Origin: a bacterium
GTDB lineage: Bacteria; Krumholzibacteriota; Krumholzibacteriia; JACNKJ01
Length of the DNA stretch: 64,000 nt
NCBI GenBank assembly: GCA_024231955.1
Contig: JAAEPZ010000512.1
Coordinates: 91,578-155,577 of the forward strand
Reading direction: 5' to 3'
Shown: positions 1 through 10,138 of the stretch, one piece after another
Position numbering within the stretch: position 1 is the stretch's first letter
How the letters are laid out: each line of letters starts with the position of its first letter
The notes under the pieces: generated by a model
Seen by the model: the letters and a program-made list of their open reading frames with translations, nothing else
Told to the model about the DNA's origin: nothing
Database searches by the model: none
Program-made: the position numbers and the translations under genes

Positions 1-606
1 CTTGTCTCCAATGCCTCAAGCAACCGGGCCAAGCGGGCCGAAACCGAGAAGGAGCTGCTGGCGCTGTCTCTGGCGACCAAACGCTACTACTACAACAACG
101 GGACTTTCCCGGGCAATCTGGCGGATCTGGCTCCTGGTTACATCGATCCCGGCGTGGGGGGCAATGCCTTCAGCGACGGCTGGACAAAGGGCTATCTGAG
201 CAGCATCTCCGGCGGAGGCACTCCGCTTTACACCATCTGGAGTGGTGGCGAGAACCTGAGCGATGACGGCGGCAACGGGGATGACATCAAGCTGGAGATC
301 GACAGCAGCACACTGGCGCAAGGGGAGGCGGGTCAGGAGTGGGACTGGACCGTGGAGGGGAACTACAGCCTCTTCCTGGTAACCACGGCCCAGGCGGCCC
401 TGGACGCCAACCCCGGACTGGCGCTCCACGGCAAGAAGCAGGAGCTCAAGGAGTATCTGAATGCCCTGGGACTCTCGAATATCTTCGAGCACGATGACTG
501 GGGCAAGAAACTGCAGATCAATTCGGATAATCGCCAGGTATACTCCTCCGGACCCGATGGCAAAAAAGACACCTGGGACGACAACATCTACACCGGCACC
601 CCTTAA
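1..606 (+). CDS. Type II secretion pseudopilin, GspG-like (5' partial; reading frame open from base 1)
   Basis: Frame 1 is open from position 1. The translation 'SNASSNRAKRAETEKELLALSLATKRYYYNNGTFPGNL...GPDGKKDTWDDNIYTGTP' matches the T2SS_G / type IV pilin-like globular domain. The N-terminal prepilin helix would lie upstream of the window. Confidence 0.6.
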   Translation, partial: LVSNASSNRAKRAETEKELLALSLATKRYYYNNGTFPGNLADLAPGYIDPGVGGNAFSDGWTKGYLSSISGGGTPLYTIWSGGENLSDDGGNGDDIKLEIDSSTLAQGEAGQEWDWTVEGNYSLFLVTTAQAALDANPGLALHGKKQELKEYLNALGLSNIFEHDDWGKKLQINSDNRQVYSSGPDGKKDTWDDNIYTGTP

Positions 607-816
607 TTCGGCTTCTCCTGACTAATGCGTCTCAATCCGTTCAACAGGTTGCCCCGGTTTGAGCCGGTAATCCGCCGCGCGACATCCCCGACAACTCAAG
701 CCGATATCCGCGTAAAGATCCTGTTCCGGATCCCGTAGCACCCCAAAGCATGACAAAAGGGATCAACCGAGTGTTCCGCTCTGCCGATATAGCGGTTAGC
801 CAGAGATGCGGACAAT

Positions 817-2427
817 ATGGCGCCATCCTCTGAAATTGGGATGTACTCGTCATCGTGTGCGCGTTTCACGAAGGTCTCCCCTTTCAGGGGCATGCACCAG
901 AAAGGTAGAACCGGAACCATGTCCCTCAGCTCCCGATTGATACCGAAGAGTCTGCATGATACCGAGGACTTCGCCCGCGCTCAGGTGTTCCTGGTTATAT
1001 GCATGGGTTTATTTGTCGCCGCATCCCTCTATGTCGGTGTCTACAACCTCTTCAACGCCAAGCAATCCGCACTGCTCATCGCCTCCATCACCTACCCCGT
1101 CGTCACGATCGGCTTCATCGTTTTCCGATTAAGCGGCTCCCTGGCCGCGGGTGGTCATCTGCTGACACTCGCCATGTTCGGGGTACAATGCGCTTTGACT
1201 CTGACCACGGGGGGGTTGGCCTCGGAAAATACCCCCTGGCTGGTAACGGTCCCGTTAATGGGCGTGCTCCTTTGCGGAGTCCGGGGCGGTATCATCTGGT
1301 CCCTGTTGACGGTTGCATTCATGACGACCACCCACATGATGCTGCGATCCGGGACAATCTTCGCTCCGATAGACCTCTCCCCCCTCACTCACGATCTTTT
1401 CATGCTCATCGACATGATCGGTCTGGTTCTGCTCATAGCCGCCTGGGCAACCTTCTTCGAGATCAACAGATCCAAAAGTCTCATCGAATCGAATGAGACC
1501 CGCAGAGATGCCGAAAGCATGTCCCAACAGCTCAATACTCTCCTCAAAGAGGTCGCGATCAACACGACAAGGCTCTCCACGACAAGTCAGAACCTCTCGG
1601 ATGGGACAACTGAAATATCCGGTCACGCCGACCGGATGAACTCCCAATCGGCCAATGCCGCGTCCGCGGTCGAATTGCTCTCCTCCAACCTGACGAACGT
1701 CGCTTCGGGCGCCGAGAAGATGTCCACAACCGTCAATGACCTTGCGGACGCAATCAAGGAGATGAGTTCATCACTGTCGGAGGTGGCGCACAACTGTACC
1801 GATGGCTCCAAGATGTCCGCAGATGCCGATGTCCAGGTTAAGGCGGCAAGCATCACGATGAATGAACTGCACGCTTCGGCCGAGGAGATAGGCAAGGTCA
1901 TCAAAACCATCAGCGACATTGCCGATCAGACGAATCTCCTGGCTCTCAACGCCACAATCGAAGCCGCCAGCGCCGGTGATGCCGGCAGGGGATTCGCCGT
2001 CGTGGCCAACGAAGTCAAGGAGTTGGCCAGGCAGACGGCCCAGTCGACTGAAGAGATCAGCAGCTTCATCAATGAGATCCAGACCAAAACAAACAAGGCG
2101 GTCGACGCCTCGGAAACGATCTCGGAGATAATCAGCCGGTTGAACACAACAGTACAGACCATCGCCGGTGCGATAGAGGGGCAAATGGCCACGACCAGGG
2201 ATTTCGCCGAAAGCGTTGGGGGCGTTTCACATACCGCCTCCGACATCTCCCTCAATATTCAGGAGGCCTCTACCGGCTCAAACGATATCTCACAGAACAT
2301 TAAAGGCCTGAGCGCCCAATCGGATAAGCTCAGATCCGGCGTAAACCAGACCAATACAGGCAGCGGCAAACTGCTGGATATGGCCGTACGACTTCGTGAA
2401 CTCGTTGCGCAATTCGAAACTCATTGA
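817..2427 (+). CDS. Methyl-accepting chemotaxis protein with multi-TM N-terminal sensor
   Basis: Canonical MCP signalling motif '[40 protein letters not shown]', with several hydrophobic helices in the N-terminal 200 aa. The true start may be the internal ATG near 919 (MSLSSRLIP...). Confidence 0.85.
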   Translation: MAPSSEIGMYSSSCARFTKVSPFRGMHQKGRTGTMSLSSRLIPKSLHDTEDFARAQVFLVICMGLFVAASLYVGVYNLFNAKQSALLIASITYPVVTIGFIVFRLSGSLAAGGHLLTLAMFGVQCALTLTTGGLASENTPWLVTVPLMGVLLCGVRGGIIWSLLTVAFMTTTHMMLRSGTIFAPIDLSPLTHDLFMLIDMIGLVLLIAAWATFFEINRSKSLIESNETRRDAESMSQQLNTLLKEVAINTTRLSTTSQNLSDGTTEISGHADRMNSQSANAASAVELLSSNLTNVASGAEKMSTTVNDLADAIKEMSSSLSEVAHNCTDGSKMSADADVQVKAASITMNELHASAEEIGKVIKTISDIADQTNLLALNATIEAASAGDAGRGFAVVANEVKELARQTAQSTEEISSFINEIQTKTNKAVDASETISEIISRLNTTVQTIAGAIEGQMATTRDFAESVGGVSHTASDISLNIQEASTGSNDISQNIKGLSAQSDKLRSGVNQTNTGSGKLLDMAVRLRELVAQFETH

Positions 2428-2803
2428 ACGACAATTATCGCGTCGAAGCTTGCTCAGGACAAGGAGTCGGGAATCATTATCGACATCGATTTACGCCGGC
2501 ACATCCTGACCAGTCTTGACCCGAAGTTTCTTACGACTTTGTCCGAATCCTCAATGCTGACGTCTGATAAAGATAAAGTAATTCATATATATGCCGATAC
2601 CCGGTACAGATTGAAGATGATGGCGGCGATGATTGAATCCGAAACGCCAACCCGGCGGAGCACCGGATACCTATTTGAATGCGGTGGCTCTGCAGTTCAC
2701 AGCACATCCCATCGGGGCCATTCAATGATTAGGGACGCGGCCGCCAGCAATCAATATTAGACCAAGTGAAAGATACGGACCGAGTTATGGAAAGGGTTCA
2801 GCA

Positions 2804-4927
2804 ATGAGCTTGAGGAGGAGACTTATCGCAACCTACCTGGCCGTGGGACTTATCCCTTTGGCCATTGTGGGCACAATTACCTGGATAGTTGCCTCGACAG
2901 GTTTGAAATCGGTCAGCAATCAGAGTTCAGCAGCTCTGGAAACAGCCGCTTATGATCAGATAAGAGCCATGAGTGTGATTAAAACACAGCAGATAACCAC
3001 CTACTTTGCGGAGTTGGAGGGGCTGATACATACACTCAAGGGGAATCGAGGAACCAAGCGGCAAATCTCTCAATTTTCAAAGCTGTTCGCGATTGCCGGC
3101 GATAAAGCTGGAGCCCCAGCCTGGCAGGCCGTCGCAGACAAGTATGATCCCATGTTCAGAGACATGTGCACCGATCTCCAGTTGTACGACATATTCCTGA
3201 TTAACCCGGAGGGGAGTATTGTCTACACGATGGCCAAGGAATCCGACCTCGGTTTGTCTCTTCTTGAGGAGCCCCTACTGAGCAGCTCCTTCGGCTCGGC
3301 GCTGGCACAACTTCGGAAGGATCCCGGCCTGGAAGTTGCGATGGGTGATTTTGCACCCTATGCTCCGTCGAACGATGCGGCCGCAGGTTTCCTGTTGGCG
3401 CCAGTGAATGACAATTCCGGCGAACTCAGCGGATATTTCGGGCTTCAGATTTCACCCGAACCAATCAATGACATCATGGTCAGCGGCTCCGACAAGGCTA
3501 AGACATTGGAAGCCTATCTGGTCGGACCCGATGGTCACATGCGCTCCAACTCGATCCTGGACCCAATCGGCCATAGCCTCGCAGCTTCGTTCGCCCAGGG
3601 CAACAGAGTGGACACCGAGGCCGTGCGCAGCGCAATGGACGGTGAAACCGACACCAGAGTAATCCTCGATTACCTGGGCAACCCCGTGCTTTCGGCCTGG
3701 GCTCCCATCGACATCTTAGGCATCAGGTGGGCATTACTCTGTGAGATCGACGAAGTGGTGGCCATGGCGGCAAAGATGCGCATGACGGAAACGGGCAAGC
3801 AAGCCAACAGCCGGATATTGGTCTGGATTATCGGCGGCCTGCTTGGCGCAGCTCTGGCGGTTTCGATTCTGGCGCTGTACATGGCCCGCAGTATCAGCAC
3901 ACCTCTCAAGGAGGGGGTTGCATTTGCCCAGTCGATCGCTGATGGCGACCTGACGCGACGGGTCGATATCAACCAGTCCGACGAGATCGGCGATCTGGCC
4001 CACGCACTGAACGATATGTCGTCCAAGTTGAATCTGACAATCGGCGAGGTTGCCCTGAGCACGACGACGCTGGCGGCAACCAGCGAGGAGTTGTCCTCCA
4101 GTACCGACGAGATGTCCTCATCGGCCGTCAGCATGAACGCCGACTCCAGCAGTGCAGCCGCCTCAATCCAGCACCTCTCGTCTACCCTGACCAACGTATC
4201 CTCCGGGGCCGAGGAGATGTCCACAACGGTCTCCACCCTCGCCTCGGCGATTGAGGAGATGAGCGCGTCGCTGTCGGAGGTGGCGAAGAGCTGCGCCGAT
4301 GGTTCACGCATGGCGACCGCTGCCGATGGGAAGGCCGATGTCGCGGGGCAGAACATGAACGCCCTCAACACATCGGCGGAGGAGATCGGCAAGGTTCTCG
4401 AGACGATCAACGATATAGCCGACCAGACCAACCTGCTGGCTCTCAACGCCACGATCGAGGCCGCCAGCGCCGGCGATGCGGGCAAGGGGTTTTCCGTCGT
4501 CGCCAATGAAGTTAAGGAGCTCGCCAGGCAGACGGCACAGGCCACGGAGGAGATCGGCCGCTTCATCCGTGAAATCCAATGCAAGACCGGAGATGCCGTC
4601 AAGTCCGCGGGGGCAATCTCGGAGAGCATCGGTCAATTGACGGTTACGGTGCAGACGATCGCCAGCGCGGTCGAGGAGCAGTCAGCCTCGATTAACGAGA
4701 TCTCCCAGAGCTTGAGCGGCGCATCCGCTGCGGCGACAGACATCTCGCGGAACATCCTGGATGCATCCAGCAGTTCGGGCGATGTGGCGCATAGCATACA
4801 GAGTGTCAGCTCGGCAGCGGAAATTGTGACATCGGGTACCAGTCAGACCAACAACAGCAGCAGCGAACTGGCGGAGATGGCAACCCGACTCAGCGGACTG
4901 GTCGAGCAATTCAAGACGAGAGAATAA
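2804..4927 (+). CDS. Methyl-accepting chemotaxis protein with periplasmic Cache-like sensor and HAMP domain
   Basis: N-terminal TM, then a ~300 aa periplasmic region and a second TM. HAMP-like segment '[33 protein letters not shown]'. MCP signalling domain '[40 protein letters not shown]'. Confidence 0.9.
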   Translation: MSLRRRLIATYLAVGLIPLAIVGTITWIVASTGLKSVSNQSSAALETAAYDQIRAMSVIKTQQITTYFAELEGLIHTLKGNRGTKRQISQFSKLFAIAGDKAGAPAWQAVADKYDPMFRDMCTDLQLYDIFLINPEGSIVYTMAKESDLGLSLLEEPLLSSSFGSALAQLRKDPGLEVAMGDFAPYAPSNDAAAGFLLAPVNDNSGELSGYFGLQISPEPINDIMVSGSDKAKTLEAYLVGPDGHMRSNSILDPIGHSLAASFAQGNRVDTEAVRSAMDGETDTRVILDYLGNPVLSAWAPIDILGIRWALLCEIDEVVAMAAKMRMTETGKQANSRILVWIIGGLLGAALAVSILALYMARSISTPLKEGVAFAQSIADGDLTRRVDINQSDEIGDLAHALNDMSSKLNLTIGEVALSTTTLAATSEELSSSTDEMSSSAVSMNADSSSAAASIQHLSSTLTNVSSGAEEMSTTVSTLASAIEEMSASLSEVAKSCADGSRMATAADGKADVAGQNMNALNTSAEEIGKVLETINDIADQTNLLALNATIEAASAGDAGKGFSVVANEVKELARQTAQATEEIGRFIREIQCKTGDAVKSAGAISESIGQLTVTVQTIASAVEEQSASINEISQSLSGASAAATDISRNILDASSSSGDVAHSIQSVSSAAEIVTSGTSQTNNSSSELAEMATRLSGLVEQFKTRE

Positions 4928-5018
4928 TCGACATCAACAACCCTGCCGATACCGGATGATCTCGCAAAGGGGTTGTCCGGCCTCGTTCCTGATGCCTGCC
5001 TGCAATCGCAAACCTCCC

Positions 5019-8000
5019 TCACCCGTCACCCAATCTCAACTCGATGTCCCGCAGCGCAGCTTCGGTCTGGGAACGTGACGGGTATTCCGGATTCAACTCC
5101 AGTGCCCGCCGCAGGTGGAAGCGGGCTCGAGTCCACTCCTCGGCCATAAGCAACACGCCGCCCAGATAGATGTGGGCATCGACCAGATTCGGCCTTCGGG
5201 CCAACACGAACTCCAGTTCGGCCATGGCCTCCTCCAGCCTGCCCAGAGCAAGCAACGGCCTGGCGTGAGAGACACGATAGGAGAGATTGACGGGACACGA
5301 CTCGACGGCCAGCCTCCAGAAAAGCTCCTCGCCGACATGATCCCTGCGGGCCTGGGCGACACGGGCCATGATCGCCAGCGCCAGATGATCGGCGGGATCG
5401 CGTTTCAGAGCCGTCGCGCTCCACTCCTCAGCCAACCCCGGCTCCCCGATATCCAGCAGGAGTCGGGCGATATCGGCTGCCGGGCGATTCTGATCGCCGA
5501 TCAGACGGAGGCAGCCGACCAGCAGCGGCACGGCTTCGGCGGCACGATCATCTCTGATCTTGGCCCTGGCCAGGATCCCCAGACGATCAACCAGTTTGAC
5601 CAGCAGATGACGCGTCGAATAGATATCGCCGGTCGCGGCGCGCAGATCCGCGGCTCTCATGATCAGCGAATCAGGTTCGATACCTCCCGCCAGCAGGGCC
5701 AGCTTGAGCGTCATGAACTCGTCGCGGGAACCGTCCAGTTGCCGCAGATGTTCGGCAACCCGTTCACCCTCGCCGCCGGGGGGCAGAGCCAGGATGTCAA
5801 TGATGCTCATATGCCGGGCGAGCAGACTGTCGGCAATTCCGATGAAACGCTCCGAATAGGATCTGAAGGCATCTACGGCCAGCTCGAACTCGATCTGTCT
5901 CCGGTCATCGGTGTGCAGCGGACCCGGACCTGCCGCCAGCCGCAGCAGATCCCCGTTCATCAGATAACCGGCCAGGATATCATCCAGGCCGAATCCCACG
6001 CGGCCCAGGTTGGCGGCGATCGAACCTGCGCCGCAACGCTCGGCCAACACCCGGTAATCCACTTGGATCGGCTCGACCGATCCCGTCAGCAGATAGTCGC
6101 TGCCGGGGGAGGCTTCCCAGAGCGCCAGATGGGGAAAGACCTCTGCAAAGCTGCGGATGATCAATGTCGCCGATTCGACCGTCATGTCGTAGACGCCGAG
6201 CCAGATGGTGGCGAGTCCGCCGGGGTTCAACCGCTCACGCAGCAACTCGAAGTACTCCACGGTGAACAGCGTCGTCATCCCCGCCTGCCAGGGGTTGGAG
6301 GGCTCGCTGATGATCACGTCGTACTTCTCGTCCGTGAGCGCAAGATGGTTGCGGCCGTCGGCCAGGATCAGGTTGAAACGGGCATCGGTCTGGTCGAGAT
6401 CGTTGTAGTCGCCGAAGAGGTGACTCGCTTCAACCACGGCCGGGGAGAATTCCAGACAATCCAGCCTGTCCAGGGGATGACTGAGCGCGCTGCCGGCTGT
6501 GGCTCCGCTGGCCAGCCCCAGAACCATAGCCCGCCGTGGAGCGGGATGCAGCAGCAGCGGCAGATGCCCGATCAGAACCTGGGTCGGCATATCCTCGAAC
6601 GACGATGCGTCCACCTTGCCGTTGATCCTCAGGGAGAGATCACCGGACCCGCGATCGCTGAACACCGATACCGTGGTCTCGGAATCCTCCCTGAAATAGA
6701 TGACCTGAAAACCCTGATCGTAATGATCCCTGATCCGGCCACCTTCAGGCAGGGAGCTGATGATCCTCTCCGCATAGATGTAGGGGCCGGAATTGCGCAG
6801 CAGGGGATCGGGCTCGGGCAGCAGGAACACGACCGCCAACCCGCCGGTCAGCCCCACTGCGGCGACGAATCTGCTCCGACGACCACCGCCGCCGGTCAGG
6901 ATCCACATCGTGCCGATCAGCAGACTGCCGACGCCGGCGACCATGATCGTCCGGTTGATCCCCATCAGATCGATCAGGAGAAATCCCGCCAGGAGGGCGC
7001 CGATCACGGCACCGGTCGTGTTGGCGAAGTAGACGCGACCCGCAATCTCCCCCACACCCTTACGGCTGCCCGCCATCGCCCTCACCAGCAACGGGAGCAG
7101 GGTGCCCATCGCCATGGTCGGCAGGGCGATCAAACCGAATACCGCGGCGAAGCGGATCAGGGAGAGGGTGCCGCCGCTGTAATAGTGAACCCAGCCGAAC
7201 ATGGCCTCGTTGACGACGTCGAAGAGCGGGAGCACGGCCAGGGCGGCAAAGGCGATCAGGAATTCCAGCAGACCGGCCAGCAGGAGCGGGCGACGCACGC
7301 GATCCGCCAGGGGGGTGATCAAGCTGCCGCCCAGGGCCAGACCCGCGAGGTAGGTGATCACTATCAGGCTGAAGGTGTAGGTAGATCCGCCCAGGGTCAG
7401 TGTCAGAGCCCTGGTCCAGGCGATCTGGAAAATCAAGGCCGCCAGGCCGGAGACGGCGTAGCCGATCAGAACGATCTTGCCCATGCGCCTCTCACCACCG
7501 ACAGACCGGTTCACTGCGGACGGTGGGGCCGGAGGATCGGCGACTGCGACAGGGGGACGGAATCGTCCGGACAGGATCAGAGCCGTGACGCAAATGGCCA
7601 GGTTGATGCCGCCGGCGATGAGGGAGCTGACCCGACAGCCGAGGGTCGGCAAAAGGAGGAAACCCGCCAGTGCGACGCCCACCACCGCCCCCGCTGTGTT
7701 GAGCGAATAGAGCCGACCTGTAGTCAGGCCAAGTTTCTCCCGACTGGACATGGTGGCGCGGATCAGAATCGGCAGAGTTGCACCCATCATTACGGTCGGC
7801 GGCAGCAGGACCAGAGCGCAGACGGCAAATCGGAGCAGAATGAACAGCCAGGATTGCCCGCCGAATTGCCGGTAGGCCGCTGCGAGAAGGGGATGGCTGA
7901 GGTGGATCAGGAGAGGCGCCAGAGGGGCGAGGATGCCGATCCCCCCCTCTAGTAACCCATAGACCAGAAGCGGGTTGCCGCGGCGGCGATCGATCAGCCG

Positions 8001-8171
8001 CCCTCCCCAGAGACCACCCAGAGCCAGACCGGCCATGAATGTGGCCACCACCGTGGTGACGGCGTGCGTGGTCCCCCCCAGGATCAGGGCGAACTCTCGG
8101 CTCCATGTGATCTCGTAAACGAGGCCGCAGGCACCGGACAGAAGAAAGAGAACCAGAATCAACAGCAGCAT
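5019..8171 (-). CDS. Fused MFS-like membrane domain / spermidine synthase-like domain / C-terminal TPR repeats
   Basis: Two hydrophobic MFS-like multi-TM modules ('GLALGGLWGGRLIDRR', 'AGLALGGSL'). The central 'VLGLASGATAG...VIISEPSNPW' resembles the aminopropyltransferase (SpeE) fold. The C-terminal 250 aa are TPR-like (RALELNPEY, 'HIYLGGVLL'). Confidence 0.7.
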   Translation of the reverse strand: MLLLILVLFLLSGACGLVYEITWSREFALILGGTTHAVTTVVATFMAGLALGGLWGGRLIDRRRGNPLLVYGLLEGGIGILAPLAPLLIHLSHPLLAAAYRQFGGQSWLFILLRFAVCALVLLPPTVMMGATLPILIRATMSSREKLGLTTGRLYSLNTAGAVVGVALAGFLLLPTLGCRVSSLIAGGINLAICVTALILSGRFRPPVAVADPPAPPSAVNRSVGGERRMGKIVLIGYAVSGLAALIFQIAWTRALTLTLGGSTYTFSLIVITYLAGLALGGSLITPLADRVRRPLLLAGLLEFLIAFAALAVLPLFDVVNEAMFGWVHYYSGGTLSLIRFAAVFGLIALPTMAMGTLLPLLVRAMAGSRKGVGEIAGRVYFANTTGAVIGALLAGFLLIDLMGINRTIMVAGVGSLLIGTMWILTGGGGRRSRFVAAVGLTGGLAVVFLLPEPDPLLRNSGPYIYAERIISSLPEGGRIRDHYDQGFQVIYFREDSETTVSVFSDRGSGDLSLRINGKVDASSFEDMPTQVLIGHLPLLLHPAPRRAMVLGLASGATAGSALSHPLDRLDCLEFSPAVVEASHLFGDYNDLDQTDARFNLILADGRNHLALTDEKYDVIISEPSNPWQAGMTTLFTVEYFELLRERLNPGGLATIWLGVYDMTVESATLIIRSFAEVFPHLALWEASPGSDYLLTGSVEPIQVDYRVLAERCGAGSIAANLGRVGFGLDDILAGYLMNGDLLRLAAGPGPLHTDDRRQIEFELAVDAFRSYSERFIGIADSLLARHMSIIDILALPPGGEGERVAEHLRQLDGSRDEFMTLKLALLAGGIEPDSLIMRAADLRAATGDIYSTRHLLVKLVDRLGILARAKIRDDRAAEAVPLLVGCLRLIGDQNRPAADIARLLLDIGEPGLAEEWSATALKRDPADHLALAIMARVAQARRDHVGEELFWRLAVESCPVNLSYRVSHARPLLALGRLEEAMAELEFVLARRPNLVDAHIYLGGVLLMAEEWTRARFHLRRALELNPEYPSRSQTEAALRDIELRLGDG

Positions 8172-8420
8172 TTTGACCTCGCTGAGCGACTATCGGCGCA
8201 TACCGAGATCCTGTCAAGATGAGCCGAACTCAAAGGGAACCATGTGGCGAAACACACTCTTGGGCGAAGCTGTAGGCCGACATGCCTGCAAAGCAAACCG
8301 GACGTCGGGTCATCTCATTGAAGACGGTCCGATGTCGTTCGGACAGTGCACTCCACCCTCAAAAGTGCTTTGCCGATATTCCGGATTGTGCTCTCCTCCC
8401 TCCGGATCATGGAGGTCGAA

Positions 8421-9215
8421 ATGGATAAACTGAAGCTGGGCGCTCTGCTCAAGGGATTGGCGAAGATCATCGGTTCCCGGCCGCGCCTGCCGCGCTCGCT
8501 GGAGAGCAACGAGGCGCTGCGTACGATCCTTGAACGCCGCAGTGTGCGCCACTACTCGGACGCCCCGTTGCCTGCGGACGCCTGGGCAGCAATACTGGAG
8601 GCGGGGCGGGTGGCCCCCTCCACGGTGAACCTGCAGACCTGGTCATTCGCCCTGTTCGATCGGGATGAGTGGAGCGAGTTCTTCGGCAAGGCCTTGCCGC
8701 TGGGTGGGCAGCGGGCGATTATCGTGCTGGCCGATCTCCATCGCGCCAAGAGGGTGGTGGAGGGTTTCCCCTATGCGCCGCTGGCGGAGTATACAGTTGG
8801 CGTGATGAACGCGTCGCTGGCCGCCATGAACATGGTCCAGGCCGCCGAGACGTTGGGGGTGTCGTCGGTGATGTTGTCGGAGACGGGTCGCACCGGTTTC
8901 TACGACGCCGCGTTCCTCGCCGAGCAGCTGGCCCTGCCGCCGGGCGTAGTGCCGATCACGACGATCGTTTTCGGTTACTCCGCACGCGGTGAGCAGGCGA
9001 TGCCCCCCAAGCTGCCGCCCGGAGCCGTCACCTTCACCGGGCGCTACCGGGAGACGCCGGCGGACATATTGGCCGACTGGCATCTGCAGATGCGCGCCGG
9101 CTATCAGGCCGGGCACAAGGGTGAGGATTTCAGTGCGAAGATCCGCTACTACAATACGCGGATCCGGACGGCTGAGCGGGATCTGCGGCGGCTGGTCTTC
9201 TACGACGGCGAATAG
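8421..9215 (+). CDS. Nitroreductase family protein
   Basis: 'ILERRSVRHYSDAPLPADAWAAILEAGRVAPSTVNLQTWSFALF' is a typical nitroreductase N-terminal FMN-binding motif. ATG at 8421 is preferred over the upstream in-frame ATG at 8346. Confidence 0.7.
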   Translation: MDKLKLGALLKGLAKIIGSRPRLPRSLESNEALRTILERRSVRHYSDAPLPADAWAAILEAGRVAPSTVNLQTWSFALFDRDEWSEFFGKALPLGGQRAIIVLADLHRAKRVVEGFPYAPLAEYTVGVMNASLAAMNMVQAAETLGVSSVMLSETGRTGFYDAAFLAEQLALPPGVVPITTIVFGYSARGEQAMPPKLPPGAVTFTGRYRETPADILADWHLQMRAGYQAGHKGEDFSAKIRYYNTRIRTAERDLRRLVFYDGE

Positions 9216-9216
9216 C

Positions 9217-9960
9217 CTAGCGACCATCGACGAAGAGCACGCGGGTTTTCTTTTTCAGAATGCGCAGGGTCGTGAAGATCACCACCCCTGCGATCAGCAG
9301 GATGAGCCACATCCGGCTCAGGTAAAACTCGTTCCGCGCAACCACGTTGCTGACGATCTCCAGCAGCACATAGGTGACGATCATCGCCAGGAGACCGTGG
9401 TACTCCCGCAGCAGAACGGTCCGCAGCGAGAAGGGGAGGCTCGGCTTCACCCAGTTGGTGAAACGGGGAAAGAAGGCCGGAGTCCTGGCCGCCCACTCAT
9501 CGTAGGCGGGACCGAACTTGCCGCGCAGAAACTCCTCCTCGGCGAACATGATCCGCTCGTAGTAGATCCAGAAGATAAGGCAGACGATGAGGGTCAACCA
9601 CCAGATGTGCATGAAGGCAGAGATGCCCAGCCACATGAAGAAGATGCCCAGATAGAGCGGGTGACGCACGGCCGAGTAGATACCCGTGGTGTTGAGCGAT
9701 TCCGCCTCCTGCTTGCTGGTGTTGCGGCCGGAGGTGCCCGACGGCGTGTGGCCGATCGTATAACAGCGGATGAGCAGGCCGAAGCAACTCACACAAAGGC
9801 AGCAGATCTCCCACAGATCGTTGAGCAGGGAATCCTCCCCCCCAAGGTAGGTGTACCCGCGCATACAGATGAGCACCAGCGCGAGGACGATCACCGGCAG
9901 GTATCCCCGCCGCCGAAACAACCAGTTACCTGACAATACGAACTCTTCCTTGAGGGCCAT
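9217..9960 (-). CDS. Isoprenylcysteine carboxyl methyltransferase (ICMT / phospholipid methyltransferase) family membrane protein
   Basis: C-terminal 'RHPLYLGIFFMWLGISAFMHIWWLTLIVCLIFWIYYERIMFAEEEFLRGKFGPAYDEW' is the ICMT/PEMT signature, plus multiple TM helices. Start chosen at the internal ATG (MALKEEF...); the ORF extends to 10068. Confidence 0.6.
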   Translation of the reverse strand: MALKEEFVLSGNWLFRRRGYLPVIVLALVLICMRGYTYLGGEDSLLNDLWEICCLCVSCFGLLIRCYTIGHTPSGTSGRNTSKQEAESLNTTGIYSAVRHPLYLGIFFMWLGISAFMHIWWLTLIVCLIFWIYYERIMFAEEEFLRGKFGPAYDEWAARTPAFFPRFTNWVKPSLPFSLRTVLLREYHGLLAMIVTYVLLEIVSNVVARNEFYLSRMWLILLIAGVVIFTTLRILKKKTRVLFVDGR

Positions 9961-10138
9961 CGTAATCTCGCATTCATGCTGCGGTCTGTAGGTGACGCCG
10001 ACCATCGTCGGCGCGGCCAGCAGTCTGCCATCCCGGACCGTTCGATTCCAGTTCTTTCGTATCATCACCGGATCGGATATGAAAAAACCCGAACCTGCCG
10101 TCGGTTCGGGTTCCTCAAGCGGACGGCTGGTCCGCCGG

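Noticed and set aside
2428-2803. AT-rich 375-bp intergenic region between the two MCP genes. I considered a riboswitch or a small RNA.
   Set aside because: I could recognise no conserved riboswitch core sequence. It is more simply the promoter region of the second MCP gene.
5115-7952. 945-aa ORF on the plus strand antisense to the MFS/spermidine-synthase gene. There are many similar long antisense ORFs: 12155..13759, 16081..17442, 17707..18765, 18750..19709, 20360..23080, 23591..24997, 26337..28211, 28392..29360, 39838..40665, 42247..43635, 48664..50376, 58235..59200, 59286..60269, 60871..62088.
   Set aside because: High GC content suppresses stop codons on the non-coding strand. The translations are low-complexity (Arg/Gly/Pro/Gln-rich) with no motifs and lack RBSs, whereas the opposite-strand genes have clear family signatures.
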